NCBI GenBank assembly: GCA_045543615.1
Contig: JAZPXL010000005.1
Coordinates: 68,436-132,435, forward strand
DNA from: Eubacteriales bacterium
GTDB lineage: Bacteria; Bacillota; Clostridia; Oscillospirales; CAG-272
Length of the DNA stretch: 64,000 nt
Direction of reading: 5' to 3'
Notes under the pieces: generated by a model
What the model saw: only the letters and a program-made list of their open reading frames with translations
Database searches by the model: none
What the model was told of the DNA's origin: nothing
Translations under genes and position numbers: made by a program
Shown: piece by piece, positions 10,385-20,755 of the stretch
Layout of the letters: every line of letters starts with the position of its first letter
Position numbering within the stretch: the stretch's first letter is position 1

Positions 10385-11887
10385 TTATGAGCGTCTGTAT
10401 TTCAGAGCATTCCTAACTATTTCCTCTTCGTTAAAGGTGTGCCGTCCGTCCGCTCTGATTTCGTACTGCTCGTGTCCCTTGCCTGCAAGGATCAAAACAT
10501 CTCCGGAGTCTGCATTTTGAACGGCGTATTCAATAGCACTCCGTCTTGATGGAATAACTGCGTGATCTTTACTTGCGTCTACTCCTCTGAGAATCTCGCT
10601 TATTATATCTTCTGCAAGCTCGCCTCGGCTATTGTCCGAGGTTATTATACAGACGTCAGCAAGTGTGGATGCTATTCTGCCCATAAGTGGCCTTTTGGAT
10701 CGGTCTCGCTCGCCTCCACATCCGAAGAGCACCCATAACCTTTTGCACTCAGGCGTAAACTCTCTTGCAGACAAGAGAAGCTTTTTGAGTGCATCCGGCG
10801 TGTGCGCATAATCAATATAAACCGACAGAGCAACACTTGGTGGAAGAATAACTCTTTGCATCCGTCCGGGTGCGCCACCGAACGAGGCAAGCGCATCAAT
10901 TATTGCATTTCCTTTTATGCCAAGCTCTGCAGCAAGAGCACCTGCCGCAAGCGTGTTTTCTACTGTAAAGCTGCCGGGAATAGGGCTTGTTATCTCCCAT
11001 ACATGCTTGATTGAGCGCAGCGTATATGAAATTCCACTATCGTTGCACGTTTTGATTTTCTCAGCCCTGTAATCTGCCTCTCGCTTTCCATTTGCTGAAT
11101 AAGAAACTATGCGACAGTCAAGATTTCTCGCTCTTTTGTAAGCAACATACCTATCAAAATACGGATCGTCAAGGTTTATGAGAGCCGTTTTTGTTGCCCC
11201 CAGAAGTGTTGCTTTTGATAGAAAGTAGCTTTCCATATTCCCGTGATAATCGAGATGTTCGGGCGTAAGGTTAGTAAATATTGCAGAATCAAACTTAAGT
11301 GGTGCTACTCTGCCCTGGTCAAGTGCGTGTGAGCTGACCTCCATAAAGACGTATTCTGCGCCGTCTTTTTTCATCTCGTAGAGAAGATGATACAATCGCT
11401 CAGGGTCGGGAGTTGTCATTGATGGCAGTCTTTCGTCCGTCTCAATGATTCTCTTTGGTGTGCGTGCCATCACCGTTCCGATTATGCCACAACGAAAAAG
11501 TGCTGTTCTAAATATCCACTCAAGCATAAACGATGTTGTTGTCTTACCGTTTGTGCCTGTAACAGCTATCAGCTTCAGATCCCTCGAGGGATGCAAGTAC
11601 CACGCATCCCACAGCTGCGAGAGAGCAGCTGTGGTGTTTTGCGTGTATAACAATGTCGTGCCCGGGGAATAGGCGATCTCTTCTTCGGCAACGACTGCCA
11701 CCGCTCCCCTTGCGATAGCCTCGCTTGCCATTTTATGCGAATTATATTTGCGGCCTCGAATGCACACGAATATATTTCCCTTTTCGACTCGTCTTGAGTC
11801 CGAACTGATTCCACTGATCTCGATATTCTCGTCTCCAACAGCTCTGTAAAACAGACCTGCTCTGCGCAACAGCTCGTATAGAAGCAT
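10385..11887 (-). CDS. murE: UDP-MurNAc-L-Ala-D-Glu--2,6-diaminopimelate (or Lys) ligase MurE
   Basis: Mur ligase P-loop AVTGTNGKTTT. The track start at 11890 is TTG. The adjacent ATG at 11887 has GGAGG 6 nt upstream. Confidence 0.94.
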   Translation of the reverse strand: MLLYELLRRAGLFYRAVGDENIEISGISSDSRRVEKGNIFVCIRGRKYNSHKMASEAIARGAVAVVAEEEIAYSPGTTLLYTQNTTAALSQLWDAWYLHPSRDLKLIAVTGTNGKTTTSFMLEWIFRTALFRCGIIGTVMARTPKRIIETDERLPSMTTPDPERLYHLLYEMKKDGAEYVFMEVSSHALDQGRVAPLKFDSAIFTNLTPEHLDYHGNMESYFLSKATLLGATKTALINLDDPYFDRYVAYKRARNLDCRIVSYSANGKREADYRAEKIKTCNDSGISYTLRSIKHVWEITSPIPGSFTVENTLAAGALAAELGIKGNAIIDALASFGGAPGRMQRVILPPSVALSVYIDYAHTPDALKKLLLSAREFTPECKRLWVLFGCGGERDRSKRPLMGRIASTLADVCIITSDNSRGELAEDIISEILRGVDASKDHAVIPSRRSAIEYAVQNADSGDVLILAGKGHEQYEIRADGRHTFNEEEIVRNALKYRRS

Positions 11888-11950
11888 CAAACACCTCCGA
11901 AGAATATTATTTCTTTCTTCGTCCGTTGTTTTCTCTTCTCTCCTCTACTT

Positions 11951-14218
11951 TTAATCTGTTACATCGAGATATCTGAAGGTTACGCTGATTATGTCTCCCT
12001 TGGTGGCTATCGTTCCACCCTCAGGGAACTGGGACACAACCTTTGCATCGCTTCCTTCGTTATAATTTGTAGTACCCTCGATATTGATGTTTAATCCTGC
12101 GTTTATCAATGTTTGGTTTGCGGCTGATGCCGTCATACCAACAACATTTGGAACTTTAATATTATTTGTCGGTGCAGATTCTCCAATATAGAGAATGACC
12201 TTTCCGTTTTCCTTTGAAAGCATACTGCCTGCTGAGGGAACTTGGGAGGTAACCACAGTACCAACTCCGATAATCTCGCAGTCAAGTCCGAGTGCTTCGA
12301 TTTTTTCACGGGCGTTGTAGGATACAACGCCTCTGAAATCGGGCACTTCAACCTCAAGCTTTGCCGCCTCATCGTCAGTATAGACAGCTTCAACTCCGAG
12401 AGCAGGAAGCATCTGTGAGAGACAATTTGCAATATAGGGAGCAGCAACCACACTACCGTATGAGCTACCTATTGTAGGCTCATCGACAACGATTATGATT
12501 GCGATTTCAGGATCATCTGCAGGAGCAAAGGCAACACAAGAGCCTATGCGAAGCTCGTTGTTATCACCGATCTTCTCGGATGTACCTGTCTTAGCGGCTA
12601 CACGGTAGCCTGCAACGTATGCGTTTTTCGATCCACCGTTGCCTGCAACGCCTTCTCTGAGTATATTTGAAACAGTTTCACAAACCGATGAGGAAACAAC
12701 CTGTCTGATTTCCTTTGTTTCGTGCTTCCAAACTACGTTTCCATCCTCATCCGTCATTGAATCGACGAGATACGGAGTTACGAGCTTGCCATCGTTTGCA
12801 ACGGAAGCAATGGCCGTGAGGTGTTGGATCATACTAACCTTAAAGTTCTGTCCAAAGGATGCAACCGCAAGGTCAACCGGACCAAATGCGTTTTTATCGT
12901 AGAATATGCTCTGACCTTCACCGGGAAGATCGATGCCTGTTTTTTCAAGATAACCGAAATTCTTTACATAATCGTAAAATGTATCCGTTCCGATTTTTGA
13001 TGCAACCGTCATCATTATCGGGTTGCAGGATTGTTGAAGTCCCTCAGCAAAGCTTAGTCTGCCGTGTCCGTAGACCTTGTGACAATGAATGATGCTACCG
13101 TAAACATTAAGCGAGCCTGAGCAGTTGTAATGATCACCGATGCTCGTTACACCTGTTTCAAGTGCCATAGCCGTTGTAATAATCTTGAATGTCGAGCCCG
13201 GAATATAAGTAAAGGTGAGAGCTTTGTTCTGCCACATTTGGTTGAGAAGGGCTGCACGCTTGCTTGAATATTCAGCCGTCCCTTCGACAAGACCACTTGC
13301 CGCAAGCTGTTCTGCATAGACATCATTAAGCGTCCAGGCGTTGTTGCTGTCGAAGTCGGGATATGTTGCCATAGCGTAGATAGCACCCGTTTTGACATTC
13401 ATAACTATACCGGAAACGCCCGCCTGTGCGCCCGATTCAATGTAGCTGGCTTTAAGCTGTTCTTCAAGTATTGCTTGAATTTTGACCTTTATTGTTGTAT
13501 TGAGGTCGTAGCCGTCAATTGCATCAATATAGCTTTGATATTCATAAGGCATCTCGTTGCCGTACGCATCACGGGCTATGATGAATTTTCCGGGAGTGCC
13601 TGTAAGCTGCTCGTCATAGTAATACTCAAGGCCATAAAGACCGTTTCCGTCAGTTCCCGTAAATCCGAGAACGTGAGTTGCAAGGTCGCCGTAGCAATAA
13701 TATCTTACGCTTGTCGGCTCTACATAACAGCAATTGTAAATCTTGTTTTCCTTGATAAATTCAAGAACCTTATCTGCCGTCTCGCTCGACGCCTCACGCA
13801 TCAAGGTTGCGTCAAGGCTGTTTGTCTTCTCGGTTTGTGCGAAAACGGTATCGTAGGACAGACCAAGTATTTCGGAAAGCCCTGCGCTGATTATCTCGTC
13901 AAGACGGCTTCTGACAAGGTCGCCGCTTTTCTCTGCTTTTTGCATCTCGCTGTGTATTGTAGCGGGTGCAATAAATATTCTGTATGCCGTGGCGTTGGTC
14001 GCAAGCAGGACTCCGTCGGCATCGTAAATATCTCCTCTTTCGGAAAGGATCGTTGATTCAGTAGTCAGCTGATTTATAACTTTTTTCTGATAATATTCAA
14101 ACTCTACGGTCTGCAAGCAGAAGATTTTTACTATCAGCGCAAGGAAACATATTCCTATAACGGCAAGAGCGAGATACGCACGCTTTGCGTGTCCGCTACT
14201 GAGTCTGGTATTTTGCAT
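11951..14218 (-). CDS. class B penicillin-binding protein (FtsI/PBP2B/SpoVD type) with two C-terminal PASTA domains
   Basis: Transpeptidase motifs STFK, SCN (SxN) and KTGTS, plus a TM anchor and PASTA repeats at the C-terminus. ATG 14218 has AAGAGG 5 nt upstream. The track start at 14239 is TTG. Confidence 0.92.
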   Translation of the reverse strand: MQNTRLSSGHAKRAYLALAVIGICFLALIVKIFCLQTVEFEYYQKKVINQLTTESTILSERGDIYDADGVLLATNATAYRIFIAPATIHSEMQKAEKSGDLVRSRLDEIISAGLSEILGLSYDTVFAQTEKTNSLDATLMREASSETADKVLEFIKENKIYNCCYVEPTSVRYYCYGDLATHVLGFTGTDGNGLYGLEYYYDEQLTGTPGKFIIARDAYGNEMPYEYQSYIDAIDGYDLNTTIKVKIQAILEEQLKASYIESGAQAGVSGIVMNVKTGAIYAMATYPDFDSNNAWTLNDVYAEQLAASGLVEGTAEYSSKRAALLNQMWQNKALTFTYIPGSTFKIITTAMALETGVTSIGDHYNCSGSLNVYGSIIHCHKVYGHGRLSFAEGLQQSCNPIMMTVASKIGTDTFYDYVKNFGYLEKTGIDLPGEGQSIFYDKNAFGPVDLAVASFGQNFKVSMIQHLTAIASVANDGKLVTPYLVDSMTDEDGNVVWKHETKEIRQVVSSSVCETVSNILREGVAGNGGSKNAYVAGYRVAAKTGTSEKIGDNNELRIGSCVAFAPADDPEIAIIIVVDEPTIGSSYGSVVAAPYIANCLSQMLPALGVEAVYTDDEAAKLEVEVPDFRGVVSYNAREKIEALGLDCEIIGVGTVVTSQVPSAGSMLSKENGKVILYIGESAPTNNIKVPNVVGMTASAANQTLINAGLNINIEGTTNYNEGSDAKVVSQFPEGGTIATKGDIISVTFRYLDVTD

Positions 14219-14393
14219 AGAAACCTCTTTTTTCTTCAATTTAAGATCAAAAAAGCACGCTTTTTATCTCACAAAAACCCGAGAAAAGAAGAAATATTTG
14301 ACTATGTGTCGGAAATCGGGGCGTCGTGAGCTTTCACGCCACCCCGCTTTTACGGTGCTTTTCTATAAGAATATTATTTTCGAAGCTCAAAAA

Positions 14394-15308
14394 TTATTCG
14401 CCACTGATGCGTATTCCAAGCGCACTCAGAAGTGTTGGAACAACTCCACCGTCTCCCTCGTCTGCATAGCTTTCGATGATGTCGATATCATTGAGCCTGA
14501 GCAGATGCATTGTGCTTTCGTTTATGCTTATCATTCCGTATTCATTTACGGCGATATCCTCAATAACTCTGAGATCGTTTTTGCTGTCAAGCTCAACTCC
14601 AAGATCATCAATCTCTTCCCTGAGCTCTCCCAAAGTATCCTTCATCTCGATCATATCAGCTGACGCCTCGCTCTTGAGGACGCTGAGTGTGATCGGTAGT
14701 GCAAGCATTATTGCAAATATTGCTACCCAAGCCATACCTGCTACTGCAGAAGACATTCTCTTTCGATAGCGTCTGCCCGGAGTGACAACTGTGTTTCCGG
14801 GGAACCACTTATCAAACAATCTGAGAATCGAACCTGTAAGAGTGGTATCGGAGGACTCAACACGGCTTACTCTTCTTCCGTCAGCTTCAATAACGCTCTC
14901 GTTTGCCGAATTATCACGCTCTGCACTCACAAGTGCAGTATCGCATCTGCGTACGTTGAAAACTGTTGCAGGACGAATATCCTCAGGAGCAACCTTAAGT
15001 CCTTCGCTTACTCTGTAATTTGGTATTCTCGTTCTTTCTTTTATAAATCTTTCGTAATCCTCATAGGTCATAACGGCTACGCCGTCAACGTTTCCACTTC
15101 TGTACTGAGCAACATCACCGCTCGAGAGGAATGAAAGGCAAGCACGAGCTTCTTCGCTGTAATCAAGAAACGATCTTCTTTCACGACGCAGCTGCTCTTC
15201 AAGCTCTTCTCTTACCTCGCAAGCAACACGCCACTCATTATCACCCTGTGCGATTGCTTCGAAGGTCGAACTATACGCCTGAGTTTTCATTTTGCTGTTC
15301 TTCTTCAT
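14394..15308 (-). CDS. ftsL: FtsL-like division protein with an unusually long (about 190 aa) cytoplasmic N-terminal extension
   Basis: Occupies the rsmH-pbp slot. It has a single TM helix (MAWVAIFAIMLALPITLSVL) followed by a coiled-coil and then IEDIAVNEYGMI, typical of the FtsL periplasmic part. Confidence 0.6.
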   Translation of the reverse strand: MKKNSKMKTQAYSSTFEAIAQGDNEWRVACEVREELEEQLRRERRSFLDYSEEARACLSFLSSGDVAQYRSGNVDGVAVMTYEDYERFIKERTRIPNYRVSEGLKVAPEDIRPATVFNVRRCDTALVSAERDNSANESVIEADGRRVSRVESSDTTLTGSILRLFDKWFPGNTVVTPGRRYRKRMSSAVAGMAWVAIFAIMLALPITLSVLKSEASADMIEMKDTLGELREEIDDLGVELDSKNDLRVIEDIAVNEYGMISINESTMHLLRLNDIDIIESYADEGDGGVVPTLLSALGIRISGE

Positions 15309-15326
15309 TTCTCGTCCTTTCTGCTC

Positions 15327-16316
15327 TCAAAGCTTTTCTGCCACTCGAAGCTTTGCGCTGTGTGCTCTCGGATTGTCCTTCAGCTCCGAGGGGCTTGATA
15401 TAATCGGTTTTTTGGTAATAATCTTAATATCCGGAGTCTTTCCACATACACAGATGGGGAAATCTCTCGGGCAGATGCATCCCTGTGCAAGTGAAGCGAA
15501 GGCTTCCTTTACTGCCCTGTCCTCAAGCGAATGGAATGTGATTATCGCAAGTCTGCCACCGGGAGCAAGCAGGCTCACTGCATCCCGAATTGTCTGGGGG
15601 ATAATCTCAAGCTCGCCGTTGACCTCAATTCTAATTGCCTGGAAGGTCCTCATCGCAGGATGATGCTTCATTGAACGACCGTGATCGGGATATGCGTTTC
15701 TGATAATCTCGACAAGCTCGCCCGTAGTTATTATCGGTGTGACACTACGTGCCTTGCAGATGTTGTCTGCAATCCTAAGCGCAAGCTTCTCTTCTCCGTA
15801 GTCACGGATGATGCGTGTCAGCTCTTCACGGCTATAATTATTTACAACATATGCCGCATCGAGCGGAGATGTGCGATCCATTCTCATATCAAGAGGCGCA
15901 TCACTCATATATGAAAATCCTCTTTCGGGGGTGTCAAGCTGATGCGACGAAACGCCGAGGTCAAGAAGAATGCCATCAAGAGCACCAACTCCAAGCTCGC
16001 GAACAACGCTTGCCATATCCCTGAAATTAGACTTGATTACTTTAGTGCGGTCGCCAAACACGGAGAGCCTTTCTCTTGCAACTGCAATTGCCGTATCATC
16101 ACGGTCAAGCGCAATAAGCAAACCTGAAGAAAGCCGTGAGGCGATGGCGCTCGAATGCCCCGCACCGCCAACAGTTCCATCGAGATATATACCGTCCTCG
16201 TGCAAGGAAAGTGCATCGAGAACCTCGTCGAGCAACACGGGCTTGTGTGAAAACTGTGGTATGCCCTCGCCCGTTTTGGAGGCAACCGTAGTAGAAATTT
16301 TCTCGTTCATACTCAT
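15327..16316 (-). CDS. rsmH: 16S rRNA (cytosine1402-N4)-methyltransferase RsmH (MraW)
   Basis: 329 aa with HKPVLLDEV, DGTVGGAGHS, DLGVSSHQLD and ITFHSLEDR. Its start overlaps the mraZ stop by 1 nt. Confidence 0.96.
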   Translation of the reverse strand: MSMNEKISTTVASKTGEGIPQFSHKPVLLDEVLDALSLHEDGIYLDGTVGGAGHSSAIASRLSSGLLIALDRDDTAIAVARERLSVFGDRTKVIKSNFRDMASVVRELGVGALDGILLDLGVSSHQLDTPERGFSYMSDAPLDMRMDRTSPLDAAYVVNNYSREELTRIIRDYGEEKLALRIADNICKARSVTPIITTGELVEIIRNAYPDHGRSMKHHPAMRTFQAIRIEVNGELEIIPQTIRDAVSLLAPGGRLAIITFHSLEDRAVKEAFASLAQGCICPRDFPICVCGKTPDIKIITKKPIISSPSELKDNPRAHSAKLRVAEKL

Positions 16317-16765
16317 CAGAGATCTGCGTCCTCAAATTTGCTGCTGAGGCTATCAAAGTCAGTTGCAGCCTCTTCAAGCTCATAGGACTCAACCGACATA
16401 ATCTCTGCGTGGTCATCACAACCAACAATAACAGTTGGACCTTCAAGCTTCACAAGCTCTATAAGTGCCGACGAGAGAACCACCCTTCCCTGTGCGTCAG
16501 GTGTGAGCGTGTCACCGTTCTTTGTCAGATACTTTATAATAGCGGCCTTATCCTTTCCGCTGAGCTTATCGTTTTCTCTGATCTTTGAAACATAGGACTC
16601 CCACTCTTCAAGTGAAGATACTATGAGAGAGTACCTGTTTCTTATATTCGGGTAGATAACGAAGGTGGTTCCGAGAGCATCACGATGCTTTGCAGGAATA
16701 AATATTCTGTTTTTTGAATCGATATTGTGTCTAAATGTGCCGAGAATTGGCGCAGGTGCTGACAT
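16316..16765 (-). CDS. mraZ: transcriptional regulator MraZ
   Basis: 149 aa with two SpoVT/AbrB-like halves and the N-terminal FRHNIDSKNRIFIPAKHR. It is the first gene of the dcw cluster. Confidence 0.96.
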   Translation of the reverse strand: MSAPAPILGTFRHNIDSKNRIFIPAKHRDALGTTFVIYPNIRNRYSLIVSSLEEWESYVSKIRENDKLSGKDKAAIIKYLTKNGDTLTPDAQGRVVLSSALIELVKLEGPTVIVGCDDHAEIMSVESYELEEAATDFDSLSSKFEDADL

Positions 16766-16876
16766 TTTGCTTCTCGTCCTCCTTTCATATCATTTTCACA
16801 TCCCCTTTGGACGTGGGATTCTTGTAATCGGTGGCAGTAAACAATGGGATTCCCAAACATTTTTGTGGATTTCGCC

Positions 16877-16894
16877 CCACTTTTCACCACTTTT
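16877..16894 (-). promoter_or_regulatory. candidate MraZ operator: two AAAAGTGG direct repeats in 10-bp phase
   Basis: The minus strand reads AAAAGTGGtgAAAAGTGGgg immediately downstream of the predicted -10. It resembles the AAAGTG[T/G] direct-repeat MraZ boxes described for Mollicutes and Firmicutes. Confidence 0.45.
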
Positions 16895-16903
16895 GTTGAC
16901 TCT

Positions 16904-16932
16904 ATTATATAACAAACTTTTAAAGAACGCAA
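16904..16932 (-). promoter_or_regulatory. sigma-A-type promoter of the mraZ/dcw operon
   Basis: Minus strand reads TTGCGT (16932-16927), 17-nt spacer, TATAAT (16909-16904), about 140 nt upstream of the mraZ ATG. Confidence 0.5.
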
Positions 16933-17180
16933 TAGTCTTTTGTAAAAAAGATAAATTTTTTTGTTTTTTGTGTCGCAAATTTCGCCACATCAACTCCATA
17001 ATCAGCCTTCTATCTGTAAATTAGTGTTTGCTCTTCTTGTTATTCTCTAAAATGTTATTTATTTACATTTTATAATTTATTGTGCCGAAACTCATCCTCT
17101 CTCTTCCCCTCTCCACCGTCTTTGCTAAACTATGACAAAAAAGAAAAAGCGCACGCATAAAGCGTGCGCCGCAAAGACGC

Positions 17181-17212
17181 AAAAAAGCAGATGCAAACGC
17201 ATCTGCTTTTTT
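17181..17212 (-). terminator. bidirectional rho-independent terminator after the CofE-like gene
   Basis: aaaaaagcagatgc-aaac-gcatctgctttttt lies 7 nt after the stop. A second GC hairpin gcgcacgc-ataaa-gcgtgcgc is at 17149-17169. Confidence 0.7.
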
Positions 17213-17218
17213 ATTGTA

Positions 17219-18409
17219 TCAGTTTGTGTAGTTATCGAAATAACCCTGAATCCAAACAATCGGCGTACCCTTGTCTCCACTACCTGAGGTCAGGTCGCAA
17301 AGAGATCCGATAAGGTCTGTAAGTCTGCGAGGTGTTGTTCCCTGCGACTCCATCTGACCTACAAGGTTTGAGCCCTTCTGCTTAATTCTCTCGGAGATAG
17401 CGGCCTTGAGAGCCTCTCCGGACAGAGCAGAAAAGTCGTTGTCCGCAAGATACTTGAGCTTAATTTCGTTAGGCTGACCCACAAGTCCCTCCGTGTATGC
17501 AGGAGACACTACCGGGTCTGCAAGCTCCCAGATCTTGCCCACAGGATCTTTAAATGCGCCATCACCGTAAATCATAACCTCAACGCATTTGCCTGTTGCT
17601 GCGAGTATTTTCTCTCTTATAGCATTGACAACTGTCTGGCAATCTCTCGGGAAAAGCTTTACTGTTGTCTCTGTTGCCTTATTAGAACCAAGGAGTCCAT
17701 AGCTTTCGTTGCATCCACTTCCGTCAACGGGAGATGAAAGAATGTCGTCAAGACCTACTACAATCTCTGCGCCTGTGGATTTAAGCAGACGCTTTGTGCG
17801 TGCTCTTGAATGGATATCACAGCAGATAATGTTCTTTGTATAGTCAAGGATCGCACGGCAATCATTGGCGAGCACAACACGGCACTCACAGCCACAGCTT
17901 TCAATCACCTCACGGTAATACGCAATATAGTCTACTCCTGTAAACTCGTGTTTACGGTAGCCGAAAAGCTCACGGTATTTCTCCTCGCTAAGAACATCGA
18001 CAGTAGGATTAATTCCCGCTGCATCGAGATCATCAAGAGAAATGAGATGGTTGCCAACCTCGTCAGAGGGATATGAAAGCATAAGTGTAATAGACTTAAG
18101 TCCCATAGCTATGCCCTTAAGGCAGATAGAAAATCTATTTCTCGACAAGATCGGGAAAATAACAGCAGCCTCGCCGCCCGGGAACTTTGCCTTTACATCC
18201 TTAGCTATCTGCTCAACGGAGGCGTAATTGCCCTGTGCACGAGCTACAACTGCCTCTGTTACAGCAATAACATCACGGTCACGAATTTCAAGATTTTCGG
18301 ATTTTGCAGCTGCAAGCACGCTGTCAGCCACTATTGAGGCAATATCATCACCCGCACGAATAATAGGGGCACGAACTCCTCTTGAAACAGTACCAATAAG
18401 TCTTTCCAT
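17219..18409 (-). CDS. CofE-like (F420-0:gamma-glutamyl ligase family) protein, long form
   Basis: 396 aa. The N-terminal RAPIIRAGDDIASIV...RDRDVIAVTEAVVARAQGN pattern recalls the CofE/PF01996 fold. The assignment is from memory of the family only. Confidence 0.5.
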   Translation of the reverse strand: MERLIGTVSRGVRAPIIRAGDDIASIVADSVLAAAKSENLEIRDRDVIAVTEAVVARAQGNYASVEQIAKDVKAKFPGGEAAVIFPILSRNRFSICLKGIAMGLKSITLMLSYPSDEVGNHLISLDDLDAAGINPTVDVLSEEKYRELFGYRKHEFTGVDYIAYYREVIESCGCECRVVLANDCRAILDYTKNIICCDIHSRARTKRLLKSTGAEIVVGLDDILSSPVDGSGCNESYGLLGSNKATETTVKLFPRDCQTVVNAIREKILAATGKCVEVMIYGDGAFKDPVGKIWELADPVVSPAYTEGLVGQPNEIKLKYLADNDFSALSGEALKAAISERIKQKGSNLVGQMESQGTTPRRLTDLIGSLCDLTSGSGDKGTPIVWIQGYFDNYTN

Positions 18410-18464
18410 AAAACATTCACCTTCCTTGGTGTTTAGAATACGTAGCTACAAATAGTTACACTAT

Positions 18465-18493
18465 ATTATACTACTCCACCCCTCAATTGTCAA
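18465..18493 (-). promoter_or_regulatory. sigma-A-type promoter for the CofE-like gene
   Basis: Minus strand reads TTGACA (18493-18488), 17 nt, TATAAT (18470-18465). Confidence 0.5.
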
Positions 18494-18562
18494 TAAAAAA
18501 ATTGCCGATTTGTCCGTTTTATATGCCGATTATTGCAAAAAATTCACAAAATATATAATTTG

Positions 18563-19354
18563 TCATCGGTCAATATCCACACGCACAAATCCACCAAAGC
18601 CATATTGCAGAGCGAGCTTTTCTGCTTCCTCAAAGCAGCAAAGCAGAGTGTCAGAACGGTGGCTGTCAGATCCAAATGTAACCTTGCCACCCACGCTTTT
18701 TATCTTCTCAAGAAATACCGGGGATGGATATGGCGTAGTCTTCCAGCCTCTCGATATAGCACCTGTGTTAATTTCAAATACAGGGCAGGTCTTTGTTATC
18801 GTCTCGATGGCTTCAAGACCCCTCGCTATATATTCCGGATTCTGCTCATTAAAATACTTATTGCCGCTGTTAAACTTCGACACCAGATCAAAATGCGCCA
18901 CAATATCACATCCTGTGATCTCAGCAACACTCGCCACCTTCTTCATATAAGCGATAGCAAATGCGTCTCCATCTCCACCAAATACACTCAGGATACCCTC
19001 GGCAAAACGTTCGGGAGATGCGTCAACCTCAAAATGCTCGCCCCTGTACTCAATTGAATGGACAGCTCCAAGCACATAGTCATACTCACCGTCGTCATCA
19101 TAGGAATAAATATCCCTCTCGATTCCACAAAGAATTCTTATCTTGTGAGAGTATTTATCCTTTAGGCGAGCTATGACATCTCTGTATACGCGTGCTGATT
19201 TCATACAGTATCTCTCGCCACCCTCGGTTGGTGCGTGTCCTGAAAAGCCTATCGTTTCCATTCCAAGAGCTATTGCAGAGAGCACAACATTCTCCGGCGT
19301 GTCACGCCCATCGCAAAGATTTGTGTGGGTGTGATAATTAAAAAGCGCACTCAT
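18563..19354 (-). CDS. hisK: histidinol-phosphatase, PHP family
   Basis: 263 aa with N-terminal [11 protein letters not shown], the PHP His motifs, and a 4-nt ATGA overlap with hisIE at the end of the his operon. Confidence 0.85.
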   Translation of the reverse strand: MSALFNYHTHTNLCDGRDTPENVVLSAIALGMETIGFSGHAPTEGGERYCMKSARVYRDVIARLKDKYSHKIRILCGIERDIYSYDDDGEYDYVLGAVHSIEYRGEHFEVDASPERFAEGILSVFGGDGDAFAIAYMKKVASVAEITGCDIVAHFDLVSKFNSGNKYFNEQNPEYIARGLEAIETITKTCPVFEINTGAISRGWKTTPYPSPVFLEKIKSVGGKVTFGSDSHRSDTLLCCFEEAEKLALQYGFGGFVRVDIDR

Positions 19355-19995
19355 TGCATTCTCTCCTGCTTGACCTTTTTATCAACAACGTGCCTGCGTG
19401 CAAGCTCGGCGTGTACCTCGTCAAGTGAAATGCCCATTTCGGTCATCATAACCATTACGTGATAGGTAAGGTCTGCAATTTCATATATCGCCTCTTCTCT
19501 GTCTCCACCCTTACCTGCAATTATAACCTCAGTTGACTCCTCGCCGACCTTTTTGAGAATCTTATCAATACCCTTTTCAAACAGATAGGTGGTATATGAG
19601 CCTTCCTTTGGATAGAGCTTTCTGCCCTCTATCTGCTCCATAAGTGCGCCAAGGGTAAATGTCTCCTCCTCTGCCTCCACGATGTCCTCAAAGAAGCAGG
19701 AACGCTCTCCGGTGTGGCAAGTCGGGCCGTGTGGCTTTGCCACCACAAGCAGAGTATCACCGTCGCAATCGGTCTTGATTGAGACTACATCGAGAAAATT
19801 TCCCGATGTCTCGCCCTTAAGCCACAGCTTCCCACGAGAACGGCTGAAAAAGCAGACTTTTCCGCCGTCAATTGTAATTTTGAGGCTTTCTGCATTCATA
19901 TATCCAAGCATCAGCACCTTGCCGTCCGCTACATCGGTAATGATTGCAGGAATAAGTCCACTCTCATTGTATTTCAAATTATTAATATCAAACAT
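19351..19995 (-). CDS. hisI: bifunctional phosphoribosyl-AMP cyclohydrolase / phosphoribosyl-ATP pyrophosphatase HisIE
   Basis: 214 aa with the cyclohydrolase motif [25 protein letters not shown] followed by a MazG-like PRA-PH half. Confidence 0.94.
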   Translation of the reverse strand: MFDINNLKYNESGLIPAIITDVADGKVLMLGYMNAESLKITIDGGKVCFFSRSRGKLWLKGETSGNFLDVVSIKTDCDGDTLLVVAKPHGPTCHTGERSCFFEDIVEAEEETFTLGALMEQIEGRKLYPKEGSYTTYLFEKGIDKILKKVGEESTEVIIAGKGGDREEAIYEIADLTYHVMVMMTEMGISLDEVHAELARRHVVDKKVKQERMQ

Positions 19996-19996
19996 T

Positions 19997-20755
19997 TTAG
20001 TACCTCACACTAATACCCGAATTGTAAAGCTCTTTCTTGAGATCGGGAATTTTTATCTTACCAAAGTGGAACACACCTGCTGCAAGACCTGCGTCAATCG
20101 TTGGCAAGGTCTTGAAAAGCTTAATGAAATCCTCAACAGAACCTGCTCCACCCGATGCAACTATCGGAACATTGGCAACCTCTGCCACAGCGGCGAGCAT
20201 TTCAAGGTCAAATCCGCCACCAACGCCATCTGTGTCAATGGAATTGACAACTATTTCGCCGGCTCCTCGCTCAACGCCCTTCTCTATCCATTCGATAGCG
20301 TCTATACCCGTGTCAATTCTTCCACCGTTTTTGAACAGACGGAACTGTCCGTCAACTCTCTTGATGTCTGCGCTAAGCACAACGCATTGACTTCCGTATC
20401 TCTCAGCAGCCTTGGAAATCAGACTTGGATCGGTAATTGCGCCGGAATTTACGCTGACCTTGTCAGCTCCGCATTTGAGCACACGGTCAAAATCGTCAAC
20501 CGTTCTGATGCCGCCACCAACTGTAAGTGGGATAAATACGGTGGATGCAACTCGCCTGAGCGCATCCGTAAACAGCGCACGTCCGTCCGAGGATGCCGTT
20601 ATGTCATAGAAAACAAGCTCGTCAGCTCCACTTTCACTATAAAACTGTGCAAGCACCTCGGGAGAGGAAATGTCTCGCAAATCAGCGAAATTTACACCCT
20701 TGACAACCCGACCATCTCGCACGTCAAGGCAAGGAATTATTCTTTTTGTAATCAT
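19997..20755 (-). CDS. hisF: imidazole glycerol phosphate synthase cyclase subunit HisF
   Basis: 252 aa with [16 protein letters not shown] and GADKVSVNS. Confidence 0.96.
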   Translation of the reverse strand: MITKRIIPCLDVRDGRVVKGVNFADLRDISSPEVLAQFYSESGADELVFYDITASSDGRALFTDALRRVASTVFIPLTVGGGIRTVDDFDRVLKCGADKVSVNSGAITDPSLISKAAERYGSQCVVLSADIKRVDGQFRLFKNGGRIDTGIDAIEWIEKGVERGAGEIVVNSIDTDGVGGGFDLEMLAAVAEVANVPIVASGGAGSVEDFIKLFKTLPTIDAGLAAGVFHFGKIKIPDLKKELYNSGISVRY

